Assembly (NCBI GenBank): GCA_034780895.1
Contig: JAUZTB010000062.1
Coordinates: 16,992,978 to 17,056,977 of the forward strand
Direction: 5' to 3'
Source: Rhynchobatus australiae
Taxonomy: Eukaryota
Length of the DNA: 64,000 bases
The translations under genes were made by a program, and so were the position numbers. The notes beneath the pieces were generated by a model that was not told where the DNA came from, did not search any database, and saw only the letters and a program-made list of their open reading frames with translations. Each line of letters begins with the position of its first letter. Within the stretch, counting starts at the first letter, position 1. Below are positions 49,020-61,800 of the stretch, one piece after another.

Positions 49020-49262
49020 AGAATAAAGGGGAAGTCCTTCAAGACTGAGATGAGGAGAAAGTATGGGGTCAAGAATCTTTGGGGCTGTGAATGCTCAGGC
49101 ATTGACTTCATTCAAAACAGATATCACTGAACTTTTGGATATTAATGGATTCAAAGTGGTGAAATATAGTGTTGAGGTATAAGATCAGCCATGATCTTGA
49201 TGAATGACAGGACAAGCCTGAAGAGGCAAGCGACCTCCCCCCATTCCTGCTTCTTGTATTCT
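49020..49262 (+). mobile_element. Old CR1-like LINE 3' end
   Basis: aagactgagatgaggagaaa ... gatcagccatgatcttgatgaatg ... cctgcttcttgtattct. Confidence 0.7.
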
Positions 49263-49413
49263 CAGTGATTGACATAATTTTTCAGATCTCCCATATGCTA
49301 ATGAGCAGAACCATTGGGCTACTGCTGCTATCTTCATTTTGCATCTTAAAATCTTACACTAACTGTGAAATTGCAGGAGGTCTGAGGGTGAGGCACTGGA
49401 GAAAATCACACAT

Positions 49414-49438
49414 CTGAACTGAACTGAACTGAACTGAA
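49414..49438 (+). repeat. (CTGAA)5 microsatellite
   Basis: ctgaactgaactgaactgaactgaa. Confidence 0.9.
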
Positions 49439-50659
49439 GCTGATGCCTTTGAGAGAGGTTCAAAATCATGAATTTGGATTGATTAATATTTGGAAATATT
49501 CCCTGCACGTGTAGTGCCCATATTCTCCCAACATTAAATTATTCTCCAAGTTATTCAATCAATCAGCAGGCTGGCATGTTTCACATTGGGTTTGCCACAT
49601 TGCCATCTGTTAGGTGTTACAAAAGGACACTAAAATTACTTTGCGTGCTGGGGGATTATTTTCCAAAGCCAATTTTCAAGGCTATATTGAGAACCTGGAA
49701 ATGACAGCTTTGAATTTGCATTCTGTGCACAGGCCATAAACGCTGAGTTAATATTGTTTTATTTACTGTAAAATTATTGTACATGGTATATCACAGACGT
49801 TTGCAATTCCTCACACTTAATTGCATTCACGGTAATGAGACTTGAAGGAATGTGGCTTAGATTTTATAGCAGGTGGGCTGTAACTGTTAGCTACTGCAGA
49901 TAAACCTGACTACCTCTGAGGTTTTCTTTCTCAGCTGACTTTTGCTTCATGAGAATATGTGAATTTATAAGCCATAATAATTATTCCAGCAACAGTTTCT
50001 GTCTTCCACTGGTAGAAATAAGGAAATATAGTACTTAAAATGGCATATGGATCCCTATTTAAACTTCCCTGTTGCATTTTCATTCCTGGGAAAATGCAAC
50101 ATAATTTTATTGGCATGCCAAACCACACACTTCATCTGACTTGTACCAGTACATCAAAATAAGATAGAGAAGTAATTTGAAATTATGTACACTTTCTATA
50201 TAACTACCAGCAATTTGTTGCAGTTTTCGAAGCAATTTTTTTTCACCAACACATTTAAATGGCACCTGTCTGCAAGGACAGTATTTCTCCTGCTGAAACA
50301 GAGCCGCCTATATTCTGGAAGGAGAAGGGTCTTTTTACAGCAGAGAATTAAGACCAATTTTGTACTGATCTACAACCAGAAAATCATGAGAAAATTTTCT
50401 GCCTGCTTTCCCTAAATCATACTATCCTGCCCCATGACTGGCTGAAAACCATGCAAAACAAATACGAGAATCTTGAGTGCACAAATATTAGCCTACGTTA
50501 TATTTCCAACATGGTTACCGCAGATATCTAGGCTGCTTAAGTTCTTGAGGCAGTGGTTTGGTTTCCGCTCTTGTGCCTACACTTTGAGGAAAAATATGCT
50601 GCATTTTGGTGAAATCTTGTACAATAGAAACTTGTAACATGTCTAAAATTTTTCTTTGG

Positions 50660-50889
50660 AGACATTGACAGAAGAGAATTGTAAACTTCACTCACACTTT
50701 GCAAACAGAAGTTGTTTTTTTTAACTTCATTCATGAAGGGCCCGGCTCCAAGTTCTGGGTTCCATTCAGTTAACCTAGATTCCCCGAGCAGTAGATATGG
50801 TTTCTCTTTACCATCCTGTCCCTTCTTTACTGTCTTGAAACATGTGATCAAATCACCTCTTAATCTTCTAAATTCCAAGGTACAGCTCT
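50660..50889 (-). mobile_element. CR1-like LINE fragment abutting a large gap
   Basis: LEFRRLRGDLITCFK on the minus strand. Confidence 0.7.
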
Positions 50890-52990
50890 NNNNNNNNNNN
50901 NNNNNNNNNNNNNNNNNNNNNNNNNNNNNNNNNNNNNNNNNNNNNNNNNNNNNNNNNNNNNNNNNNNNNNNNNNNNNNNNNNNNNNNNNNNNNNNNNNNN
51001 NNNNNNNNNNNNNNNNNNNNNNNNNNNNNNNNNNNNNNNNNNNNNNNNNNNNNNNNNNNNNNNNNNNNNNNNNNNNNNNNNNNNNNNNNNNNNNNNNNNN
51101 NNNNNNNNNNNNNNNNNNNNNNNNNNNNNNNNNNNNNNNNNNNNNNNNNNNNNNNNNNNNNNNNNNNNNNNNNNNNNNNNNNNNNNNNNNNNNNNNNNNN
51201 NNNNNNNNNNNNNNNNNNNNNNNNNNNNNNNNNNNNNNNNNNNNNNNNNNNNNNNNNNNNNNNNNNNNNNNNNNNNNNNNNNNNNNNNNNNNNNNNNNNN
51301 NNNNNNNNNNNNNNNNNNNNNNNNNNNNNNNNNNNNNNNNNNNNNNNNNNNNNNNNNNNNNNNNNNNNNNNNNNNNNNNNNNNNNNNNNNNNNNNNNNNN
51401 NNNNNNNNNNNNNNNNNNNNNNNNNNNNNNNNNNNNNNNNNNNNNNNNNNNNNNNNNNNNNNNNNNNNNNNNNNNNNNNNNNNNNNNNNNNNNNNNNNNN
51501 NNNNNNNNNNNNNNNNNNNNNNNNNNNNNNNNNNNNNNNNNNNNNNNNNNNNNNNNNNNNNNNNNNNNNNNNNNNNNNNNNNNNAAAGCATGGTGTAGAC
51601 TAGCCAGGGCTTTTAAACCCTATAGATTTCTACAAATTTAATACCATCACTTGATTCCACATTGGTAAATCTGCAGCCCTAGAAATCTGAGTGTAATCTA
51701 ATTGATGGCGCACCATCAATTGTTTTGATCCTTGACTCCCTCTGCAAGCTCTAACTGTCCCCAATGCACAACTGAGTGGAACATCCTAATTTCCTTCATC
51801 TCAGATGTACCATGCATTTGATAGTTCTAAGGAGGGCTTAGAGGGATCAGGATATTGATGAATGGGTCCAAACAGGCTTATGGGATGGTGGGGTCTGAGG
51901 GGGGCAGGGAGGGGTGGGGCAAGATATATTGGTGATTGAAGCCTGTATGGTGGTGGTGGAAGGGAGAGAGGGTGAAAGTATTGAAGCCTGGACTGGGATG
52001 TTGTGGAGGTTTGGGGGAAGGCATCAGGACCACTGTGGGTTCCTGTGAGTTTGAGAGTTCTTTGATGGAAAACCAGCATAGCTTCCTTTCATTTTTTTCA
52101 AGGTAACCATCTCTTACTTTTTCTCTTTCCCCCATCTCCGTTCAATTCTCCTTCAGTTTTATACAAGATAAAAGACTTCACAAGATCATTAAATTCATTC
52201 TCAATATGCTTCCAAAAATATTTTAAGTTTCTTATCCCACCTTTTTTTTCAATCTGTCTTGACATATTGCTCCAATGTATTTCTTTAATCCATCATTTTT
52301 TAAAACACATTGCTCATGGGTATTATAAATTATTTATGTTACTATGTCTAGAAATTGTATCACTCATAATAGGAGCTTTAATCTTGTACTGTGTGGTTAT
52401 CCTGTGCCTGTTCACATTGGTGCAGACAAGGCCCCTGGATTGGATTGTGACCTTTATGAACATGTGTAGGTAAGCATGGGGTGCCCAATACACCCATAAG
52501 TGGCAAATAGTGCAGATCCTTAAAATTCAGTGCACCTGTGTTAACTGGCAGCTGAAGTCACCTCCTGAAGTGAACCATCCTGCAGCTGGGAGCACTGCTG
52601 AAAGAAATTTCATGACCACTCACACACACAAAGACAGACACACACCTATTTTAGGCTAAGGTTGCCTATAACAGCTTGAGGAACAACAGAGAAAACCCTT
52701 TAATGTTTTAAAAAGTCCTGGTACCCCTTGGCCTGATAGTCCCTGCTCAAAGAATCCTTTCACTTAGTAGAGAGCATCCGTGATCTTTCTGCTGGTATAG
52801 TGCACAAGAAACAAGGAAATAAGGCACAGTTCAGCCATTGCTGCCTTTGAAATGATCTGGAGCCCAGGAAGATCAGGTAACAGTGACCTTGGATTTTATG
52901 GGCAGAACAGTCTATTCACAGACAGGTGGCTGTAGCTAAGTCAGTGCTTTCTGAAAAGATGTTAGGCTCTGGATAGAATGTTCTCGTTGG

Positions 52991-53555
52991 ACATAGTACA
53001 GCACAGGAACAGGCCCTTCAGCCCACGATGACAGCGCCAAACACAATGCCAAATTAAACTAAATCTCTTCTACCTGTACATGATTCATAATCCCTCCATT
53101 CTCTGCATATTCATGCGTCTATCTAAAAGCCTCTTCAATGCCATTATCATATCTGTTTCTATCACTCACCCATGGCAGCACATTCCAGGCACCAACACAC
53201 TCTGTGTTTAAAAACAAAATGCTTACCCTGCACAACTCCTTTAACCTTCCCCATCTCACCTAAGTGCATGTCCTCTCATATTTGACATTTCTACCCTGGG
53301 AAAAGGATTCTGACTGTCTCCCCTATCCATGCCTCTCATAATTTTATAAATTTCCGTCAGGTCACCCTTCAGCCTTTGACACTTTGGACAAACCTGGGTT
53401 TTCTCTAATGTCTCCTGATAGCTCATACCTTCTAATCCAGGCAAGATCATGGTAAACCTCCTGCACCCTTTCTAAAGCCTCTACATCCTTCTTGTAATGG
53501 GGCATCCAGAACGGCACACTGTACTCCAAATGTGGCCTCACCAAAGCTGCAACAT
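52991..53555 (-). mobile_element. CR1/HER1-like LINE 3' end
   Basis: ALVRPHLEYSVPFWMPHYKKDVEALERVQ; LPGLEGMSYQE..RLKGDLTEIYKIMRGMDR; tail ctgaagggcctgttcctgtgctgtactatgt. Confidence 0.9.
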
Positions 53556-53923
53556 GTAAGGAGCATTTCTTCCTGTACACTCTTGTGGTGTAAGGTCTAA
53601 GAATATGAGTGCATCTTACCATTCTTGGTATCCCTGGGCATGTATGTCTGACCTCCAACAGTCCTGCAGCCTCTGGTGGGAGCACAACAGAGCACCAGTG
53701 GTAAAGAGACGGCAAGTGCAGAAATAACTGTGTCTGGTCAAATTCCCAAATTACACAATTCTCACAAAAACTGCATTTTTGTAATTTTGTATGAAAAACA
53801 TGATTTATGAATCACATAATGTATAAAAAGATGCATAAAAGGGTCCAATTTATAGGTAGTACTGGAGGAAAAACTAAAAATCTTGCCAAAAAGGAATTTA
53901 TTAACTCTCCAGTCTGAAAGTTT

Positions 53924-54170
53924 CAATGTACCTTATTGTGACCTTGCATCTTATTGTNNNNNNNNNNNNNNNNNNNNNNNNNNNNNNNNNNNNNNNNNNN
54001 NNNNNNNNNNNNNNNNNNNNNNNNNNNNNNNNNNNNNNNNNNNNNNNNNNNNNNNNNNNNNNNNNNNNNNNNNNNNNNNNNNNNNNNNNNNNNNNNTGTA
54101 CGATCAGTATGCAAGACAAGTTTTTCACTGTACCTCGGTACAAGTGACAATAATAAACCAATACCAATAC
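53924..54170 (+). mobile_element. Rex1/Babar-like LINE 3' end, gapped
   Basis: Matches 6105-6341; ends gtacaagtgacaataataaaccaataccaatac. Confidence 0.85.
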
Positions 54171-56599
54171 TGTATGTTAGAATCTATCGTTTTGACTTGT
54201 GCCTGGTGAGACAAAATGAAGATTACTAATGCTCCCTACTTAATGGAATCAGTCTTTGCTTCTATTTCTTTGACCAGGAACCATCAGGTTGAGTGGATAC
54301 GCCAATCTGTGAGCATTTTAGGGTACTTTTGTACACAAAGACCTGTGTTGTGGGAGCTAGATAGCCAGGGAAATAAGAAGGAGCTACAATGCATTATTGT
54401 ATTGTTTAAAAGAAGTGCAAGAAAGTGGAGCACTATTGCAAAGGCACAGCTGCCTTAAGAAGTGTTGACATATGAATTGACTTCTGTTGTTGAAGCACAA
54501 TAGCATCAGATTTCTCCTCGGGTCTGCATACATTCCTTTCAAAGTAGTTGAATGTTATGTTGGCAAACTGAAAATCAAATGAAATAATGGACCAGTGAGC
54601 ATTCCAGGGTGCTAGCAGGTCATAGCTAAACATAAACCATTTCCTGGAAGACATCCTCTCTCAGCCAATGGAGAAAAATCAGAAGCTGACAAACCTGAGC
54701 ATTTTTCTTCCCCTTGTAAATCAGAGGTGCTGAGGCCAATTGTGGCCTTCTTCCTGGTGTAACAAATGTGATTGGAAAGGTCATTACAAACTATGGATTA
54801 AGTCAATGACTTCCCTGATCTATATTGTCTGGCTACCCACAGACCAAACTCATTGAGCTATCAGGGAGCAAGGCTATAAAAAATAAATCACTGTATAGGA
54901 AATCACAGAAATCAAATTTATTTGTATTTCACAGCTAGCTACAGCATAGCCACAAACCAATGCTTCTTAAACCGTTGTTGCACAATGCCCAAGATAATGA
55001 AATTTCCCTCTGCTTCAACGTCAAAACAAATCCCAGATAAAGCTGACAAGTCCTTTTGTTCCAGATTAGATTCTGAGGAGCAATGGATACAAAATCCAAT
55101 TAATTCACACTTTAAAAAGCACAGCTAAAGCCTTGCAGAGATCTGCATTGAAAAAGCACTTAGCGTAAAACCAATATCATTGTCAGATGATGGAAAATTC
55201 TGCATCAGAGATTCTGAAACAAAAGTTGAGCAAAACACTAGGAGATGGAGAGAAAAATGTAATTACAACAGCTTAGGGAATTCAGATCTACTTGTATATC
55301 AGGCCTCTTTAATGCAATACGCTTTAATAATATCAATAATATATACTGCCCACTGAGATCTCCTAACTAAAGCCTCAATACAAAGTGTCTCTCATTCATT
55401 GTGTGTATGATTAGACTCTTTGCATGTTATCCTGCCAGTTAGCTTCTGATGTAAGATTAAAATAGTTCACACACTCACCTTGCATAATATTTTATTCTGT
55501 ACCAAGTTTAAATTCTGTGCATATGGATTCAAATTCTAAATTTTCACATTGACTATACGAGACTCTGTCTATACAATTCATCTGTGTCTTTCCCACTATT
55601 AGATTTTGGAATAAAATTGGACTTTATTTTGTTGCAGACGATGTACATTATTTACCTGTGCTTTTGAAGATACAAGTTATCCATCTGTCACAAAACTCTG
55701 CTGCTGCTTTTTCTCCTACCTTTTCCGTGTGTCATAAATTCCCTTTTCTCTTCCTGCAGGTTTGTGATGTTCCTCCTCCTACTCAGCTTTGTGCTGCTAG
55801 TGGTATTGTCCAGTTTAAGAGATTTTGAATTGATATAAAATAACTCCACTCTTTTCCTCTTCTGCTCTTACAACCACTTCTAGCTGGGAATCCACTTTGT
55901 GACTCACTTTAAATCCTATTGTTTGCAAGTCCAAATTGAAAGTCCTTGCTGCAATTGCACGTGCATTTTAGGCTTTTCCACTGCTTCCTTCTTGCCCTCT
56001 TTGCTTCATGGTCACTGATACCGAGATGTGCCTTTACAGTTACTAACTGAAGTATGAAATTGTTCTAGATTTTGCAGTAGTGATGATTGTAAACCATTGG
56101 CTTTGTGGAGCCTTTACTTTGTGAAACTGATAACTTGGCAATTTACATTATTTACGACTGAAATCCCAAATTTACTGTCAGTAATGTTTGAAATGTTTGC
56201 AGCTTTCTGCAGCCTTATCAAGGAAAAATAGTGGAACTAATGGGAATTTTATTTAATCCTGCTATAAAGTACTTTGAAAATCTTATTCATTGTTGGACAA
56301 GTTTTGTCATTTTAGTAATGTAATAAGTCATAATTACTATTTTACTATCTTTCTAAACCTATTTTAAATGTGTTTCTTACAATCTATTTATATGACTAAA
56401 TCAGAATTTAAAGAATTTCAAAATAGCACAAGTATTATATGTTTATTTTTGATGGTTAATTTTCTATAATAATGACATGTATATTCCAACCTTTACTTAG
56501 CACCCTGTGTATTATTTAAGCAGTTGGGTAAGATCCTCATAATCTTTCTATGAAACTACAAAAATACCAATCATGTAAAGTTGCTCTAGAGGTTAGCAC

Positions 56600-57212
56600 A
56601 AAAAGAAACAGCCAAGAACCAGGGTCTATTTCTTGAATGACAGAATTGAAAAGTAAACAAGTTATCCTCAACTCATCAGGATGCTTGTTTGGACCACACT
56701 TGGAGAATTGTGTAACATCTGGTTACCATATTAAAAGAAAAGATATAGAGACACTGAGGAGGGTGCAGTGAAGATCCAGAAGAATGATAGCTGAAATGCA
56801 GAGGTATACACATCAGTTAAGAATGAATACATTGTGTCTCTTTTCTCTTCTGAAAAATAGGCTGTGGGATGATATATTCGAGATCTTTAAAATGATGAAA
56901 AGTTTTGATAGATTTGGTATGAAGGAAGTATTTCCATTTGCAGGAAGAAGCATAACTGGAGATCATTCATGTAATCACCAAAAAATCCAATATGGGATTC
57001 AGAAAAGTTTCTTTGCCCAAAGAGTGGTGAGAATGTGTAACCCACTTCTGCAGGGAGTGGTTGAAATGATTAGTGTCGACAAATATACAAGTGAGAAGGG
57101 AATAGAGGGTTACGCTGATAGATTTAGCCAAGCAAAGATAACATAAATGTTTGTATGGACTGGTTGGACCAAATGGACTGTTCTTGTGCTGCACATCTTG
57201 TGGACTATTATG
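56600..57212 (+). mobile_element. Eroded CR1-like LINE 3' part
   Basis: ggaccacacttggagaattgtgta (PHLENCV), FFAQRVVRMCNPL, GIEGY, tail ggaccaaatggactgttcttgtgctg. Confidence 0.8.
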
Positions 57213-60185
57213 TTTTTTGACATGTTTCGAAACTCAGATAACATGAAGGACATTCTGAGCACCAGGGATATCACTGAACTGACACCTGGCCACAATGAAT
57301 GTCAGAAAAGGGAATGTTCTCACCATAATTATCACCCGGTCTTTATAGGTAGCTTTCTTTGAGGTCGGCAGCAAAAGCTGTTGATTTGCCATTGACTGCA
57401 AGTGCTGAGCTATAAGACACATAAAATGTAATTTTGCTTATCAAACTTAAATATGAACTCTTTGTATTCTAGAAATGGAGCAGGTCTTTCTCTGTGCCCT
57501 GAATCAAACATCTTTATTAGAAATAGACATTAGTGAGAAACCAATTCAGCAAATATCACTCCATTGTCAAACCTTTCACCTTGACATACAAAGTCAATGC
57601 CAATTGCAAAAGCTGGTAATACTTCCTCATTCTAACCTGACCAGCAACCTAAGGCTTAGATATGCAATGTCAACTGGTGGAGCAGTTTGCTCTTCTGTAA
57701 TTCAATCAACTTAGGCTTTAATGGAATAAACATTGTGTGGGTTGTGTGACAGGAGGTTGATTTGTTCAACTAGATTACCACCTGAGTGACAAATGCAAAG
57801 ATTAACCCGTTGCGTTTGGAAATAAAGAACAGACAGAATTGAGGCAAGTAACTCTCTCTGCCTGGGTAAGGTGCTGTCAGTCAAATCCTATCCCCCGGGA
57901 CACACTGTGGAACTTCTTTCTGTTTTGCAGACAGGGTTATTTGTGTTCAATTTTCTCAAGCCTTTGTCAAACAAAAGATATCATGTCACCTGGTTGCCTT
58001 TCATTCAACGGCCTTATAAGACTTGCTGGATGCAAACCTGTTCACATTTGATTCCCAAAACCTTCATGTTAAATGACTAACTTCAAGATAAACCACTAAG
58101 GCATTGCCTCCAAGACAGCTTGTTTCAAAGAGGTAGTTGGGCTATATTCTCAACAGAATGAAATGTGGATTCTGTTAGCTTCAAAGCAGTGTATTTCTCC
58201 AAGGACTTTATAACTTAAAATATAACGTGGTGTAATATATTACAAACTGATTTAACTTGTCAAACACTGGTCTTCAACGGCCTGGAATCACAGATACCTT
58301 CAAAAGACCTAACCATTATGAACACTATAATCCATCTCAATATGCTACAGTCTCTCTTCGCAGCATATAATGAAATATGTCAAATTACACTCATGATATC
58401 ATTACTGAAGACTGTTTCCATTGTAACAGAGATGCAAAAGACTCATTTAAAATCTCTAATTGTTCCTGAGTAGGCTGGTCTATGCTCTTGCATTAAGCAG
58501 TAAAGAATCACCCACACTTTGGTTACTGCTGCTGAAAATAAACAGCTAAGATACAAAAAGGTTGGCCTCAATCGCTCTTGGTTTTGTAAAAGCTCTTGGG
58601 TGTGAATTAGTCTAACTGTCAATGTTCAGTGATCTCCTTCATCACCAAGAAGGTCAACAGTGAACCCACAGAGCTTCCTCCCAGATCTGGGCTGCTCCCT
58701 ATTGGGTATGGCCAAACACAAAGTATTGTTCCCAAACATCTTAAGGAGAAGTCTGATCATTTGTATATGGAAATAATGGGCCCGCATCTGTCTGATGTCC
58801 CCTGTCTAAGCATGTTTTTCCCTGAGACAGAGAAAACCATTGCAGGTTGCCTTTAAAAAGCAAACTCAAGAGGTCACCTGCAAGACAAAGGTTAAGTAAC
58901 TTGCTTTAACGTAAGCCCTGCTTCTCCTTTCAATCCCCAGTTCCCATCTGTTGATGCTACTGCTCCTGATTTCCAAATGCTCTGATTCTCCCTGATCCCA
59001 GGAATCTCCATGTGTTGACTCTCATCTACTCCTTGTTGCCATTGCCTGGACAATATTGGGCTCACTTGTTGCCCCACCCCACTTACAGAGCCCCAGACAC
59101 TAGCCCCATTGCCTCATCCCTCTCCCCCTTTCTCAGACACTGCATTTCACCATTGCTTTGCTCCCATCCCCAGTTTCAGGACCACAGAGCACCTGACCTT
59201 CCCCTCTCCCTTGGATAACAACCCAGTCCTTGGATAACAACCCCCAGCCCCCTTCACTGCTCACCCATTATGCCACCCATGATCCTTGATATTATGTGTC
59301 ACTCACCTACCACCTCTCCTGAACCCCAAACAAGCCCTTCCATTCCCTTACCCAGCACAACCATGGTACCCAACTGGCCCTGATCGTGCATTGGTCGAGC
59401 ATTGCGGCGAGACAGCTATCCAACAGGTTCTCAACGTGTGTAATCCATTGGCTCTGTCATCATGAGGTCTGAAGCCCAGTATCACTGGAGCCTTGGATCC
59501 CTCCATTCTTACCCAAGCTTCTTAATACGAGACCCTCGTCCAACTCCCCTATTCTCCTGTCCTCTCACTGCATCTCACCACCCAACCTTGCGATCTAGAA
59601 AACAAACAAAATCTTTTTATTCCAGAAAGAGATGGTTAAAACAAGTCATGAAGAATAAGGTGGAACTGTGGGCCACGACAGCTTTCAGAGTAAGTTAGTG
59701 TTGTTGTTGAGAGAGGTTAAGAGCATACATGTGCCTCAATGTAACTCCAGGCCATTTACTTTGAAATTGTATCTCAGCTCCAGGATCTGAGAGGAATAGG
59801 ATGGGAAAAAGTCTTTGCAATCTTACTTCAATTTTTCTCCTTGTGATAAGCAATGTAAGCAAACTTACATTTAAAAAAGCTTAACCTTTAAACAAGGCAA
59901 ATTAATCTACAGCTCTTGGCAAACACTGGTACAGAATTGTTTGTTTTATCTAAACTTTCTGGCGTAGGATATTAAAATTAAGTTAGTAAAGTCAATATTT
60001 GCAGGGAAAATTCTTCCTACAGGAGCAAGTGGGTTTAGAGTGTGGTGTCAGATGAAGCAGCCACGCAGCACTGTATGCAGCTTCTGTCCTCAAACTTATC
60101 TTGACAGTGTAGAAGAGAAATGGGAAAAGACAAGACAGGAGAGAAGCAGGTTTATAAACAAAAACACAACAAGTAAGTAGAGATA

Positions 60186-60712
60186 AAAAATAATTGCTAG
60201 GAGAACTCAACAGGTCTGGCAGCATCTGCGGAGGCAAAGGGATCGTCAACGTTTCAGCTCGAGACCCTGCATCAGGACTGAGAGTGCAGAAGGATGATGG
60301 CCAGTATACAGAGGTGAGAGGGGAGGAATGAGACTGGTGGGTAATAGGTGGTAGCGGAGGGAGCTGACAGCACAAGGAAGGGGCATGCATGCCGTAGGGA
60401 AATGGTCGTGCAGACTGAGCGGTATGTAGAGGTGCGGGTGGAGGGATGGAGATGAAAACTTGAGTTCAAAGAAAGAAGGCAACAAGTGAAGCAAACAAGA
60501 TTGGTAAATATGGAGCGGTGAACTGGGAAAAGGGGACAGGCAAGAAAAGTAAGAGGCAAAATGAAACTAGCGAGAAAAGAAATAGATGACACAGCAAAAG
60601 GAATTATATATTTATTGATGGATCGAACAGCCAGGAGAGCAATAATAAGGCAAAAGAAAAGCATGTGATGCAAGGGCAGGAGACAGAAATATGAGAATTC
60701 AGTGTAATCCAG
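60186..60712 (-). mobile_element. Penelope-like element 3' end with hammerhead-like core
   Basis: Minus ggattacactgaattctcatatttc (GLHTEFSYF, like GMNIEFSNF), long pyrimidine-rich UTR, then cagtcCTGATGCagggtctcgagctGAAACgttgac and the family arm. Confidence 0.65.
60245..60276 (-). ncRNA. Degenerate minimal hammerhead ribozyme core
   Basis: CUGAUG(C), stem II region, intact GAAA, palindromic ACGU, UH; the A9 position is C and stem II is imperfect. Confidence 0.4.
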
Positions 60713-61279
60713 GCAGTGAAATAAACCAATTGGAGTAAATTGTTTCCTTTGGGATTACTGCCAAGATATTTGTTTGGAGCAACAAATCAAGACAAACTGG
60801 ATACAATCCCTGCACCTGAATGCCTAGCCCATGATGTGTATAATACTGGGCCTTGGACCAATTATCATCAAACTAATGATGTAAAGGTGACTCATGAGCC
60901 AAGTCAGAAGGGGGTTTCTTAGACTCTGCCATCTCTCCATGATCAGTGACCCCTAAGAAGTCTTTAAAGGGTACAGAAAGTGGATTGACTGAGTCGGGAG
61001 TTGGGGGTGAGGTGATTGAGTAGAAAAGTAAGGTGACTGGGACAGAGTGATCAGGAAGGTAGCACTGGATGGTCAGAGGGAAGAGTACTGATGAGTAAGG
61101 AAGGGTGATATTGGTGATCATGTGTTGATCAAGACTGGGGTTGGAGTAAGGCAGGTTGGCCAGCAGTGGGATTGGGACAATCACCCGGCTCCGCATTTAG
61201 GGAAGTATATCTTACCAGTGATTCTTTTCAATGGCATCTCGACCTGTTTTCCCTTAATCTAACTGACTCCACAACTAGT

Positions 61280-61800
61280 CAGAGAGTCAGAAACAGGAAG
61301 ACGTGCCTACAAAATAAACACCTGGTCACGTAAAACTGAGTTGCGTAGAAATGTCTTCTCTCAGAGGAAAGTGAATCTCTCGAATTCTCTGCCCCTGAGA
61401 GCAGTGGAGGCCAGATCATTAGATAGATTGAAGCTAGAGATAGATAAATATTTGAAAGATCAATGAATTGACAGTTATGGGGAACTTGCACAGAGGATAA
61501 GATATCTTTTTTTTGATGTACATTTAACTAATATAGTGAAATGTGTCTTTTGCATAGTGTTCTGGGGGCAGCCTGCAAGTGTCGCCAAGCTTCCAGTGCC
61601 AACTTAGCATGCCCACAACTTCCTAACCTGTACATCTTTGGAAAGTGGGAGGAAACCGTGGCACCCGGTGGAAACCCATGTAGACATGGGGAGGAGTTGA
61701 GGCCAGCATTGATCAGCCTTGATTGTATTGAATGGTGAAGCAGGCTGGAGGGGCTGAGTGGCCTACACCTGTTATTTTCTTGTGTTCTTGTTTTCTTGTT
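61280..61800 (+). mobile_element. CR1/HER1-like LINE 3' end hosting a SINE insertion
   Basis: ttctctcagaggaaagtgaatctctcgaattctctgccc (FSQRxVNLxNSLP); 3' UTR resumes at 61691 gaggagttgaggcc...gtggcctacacctg. Confidence 0.85.
61498..61690 (-). mobile_element. 5'-truncated V-SINE (same subfamily as 43914-44186) inserted in CR1
   Basis: Colinear with 43914-44090; flanked by gagga at 61493-61497 and 61691-61695. Confidence 0.85.

Noticed and set aside
44855-51641. Long ORFs of 176-309 aa in the track (44855-45481, 50712-51641, also 20687-21268 and 14104-14731)
   Set aside because: Their length comes from translating N gaps as X
55741-55815. Strong splice-acceptor-like cccttttctcttcctgcag
   Set aside because: No convincing donor or recognisable reading frame follows
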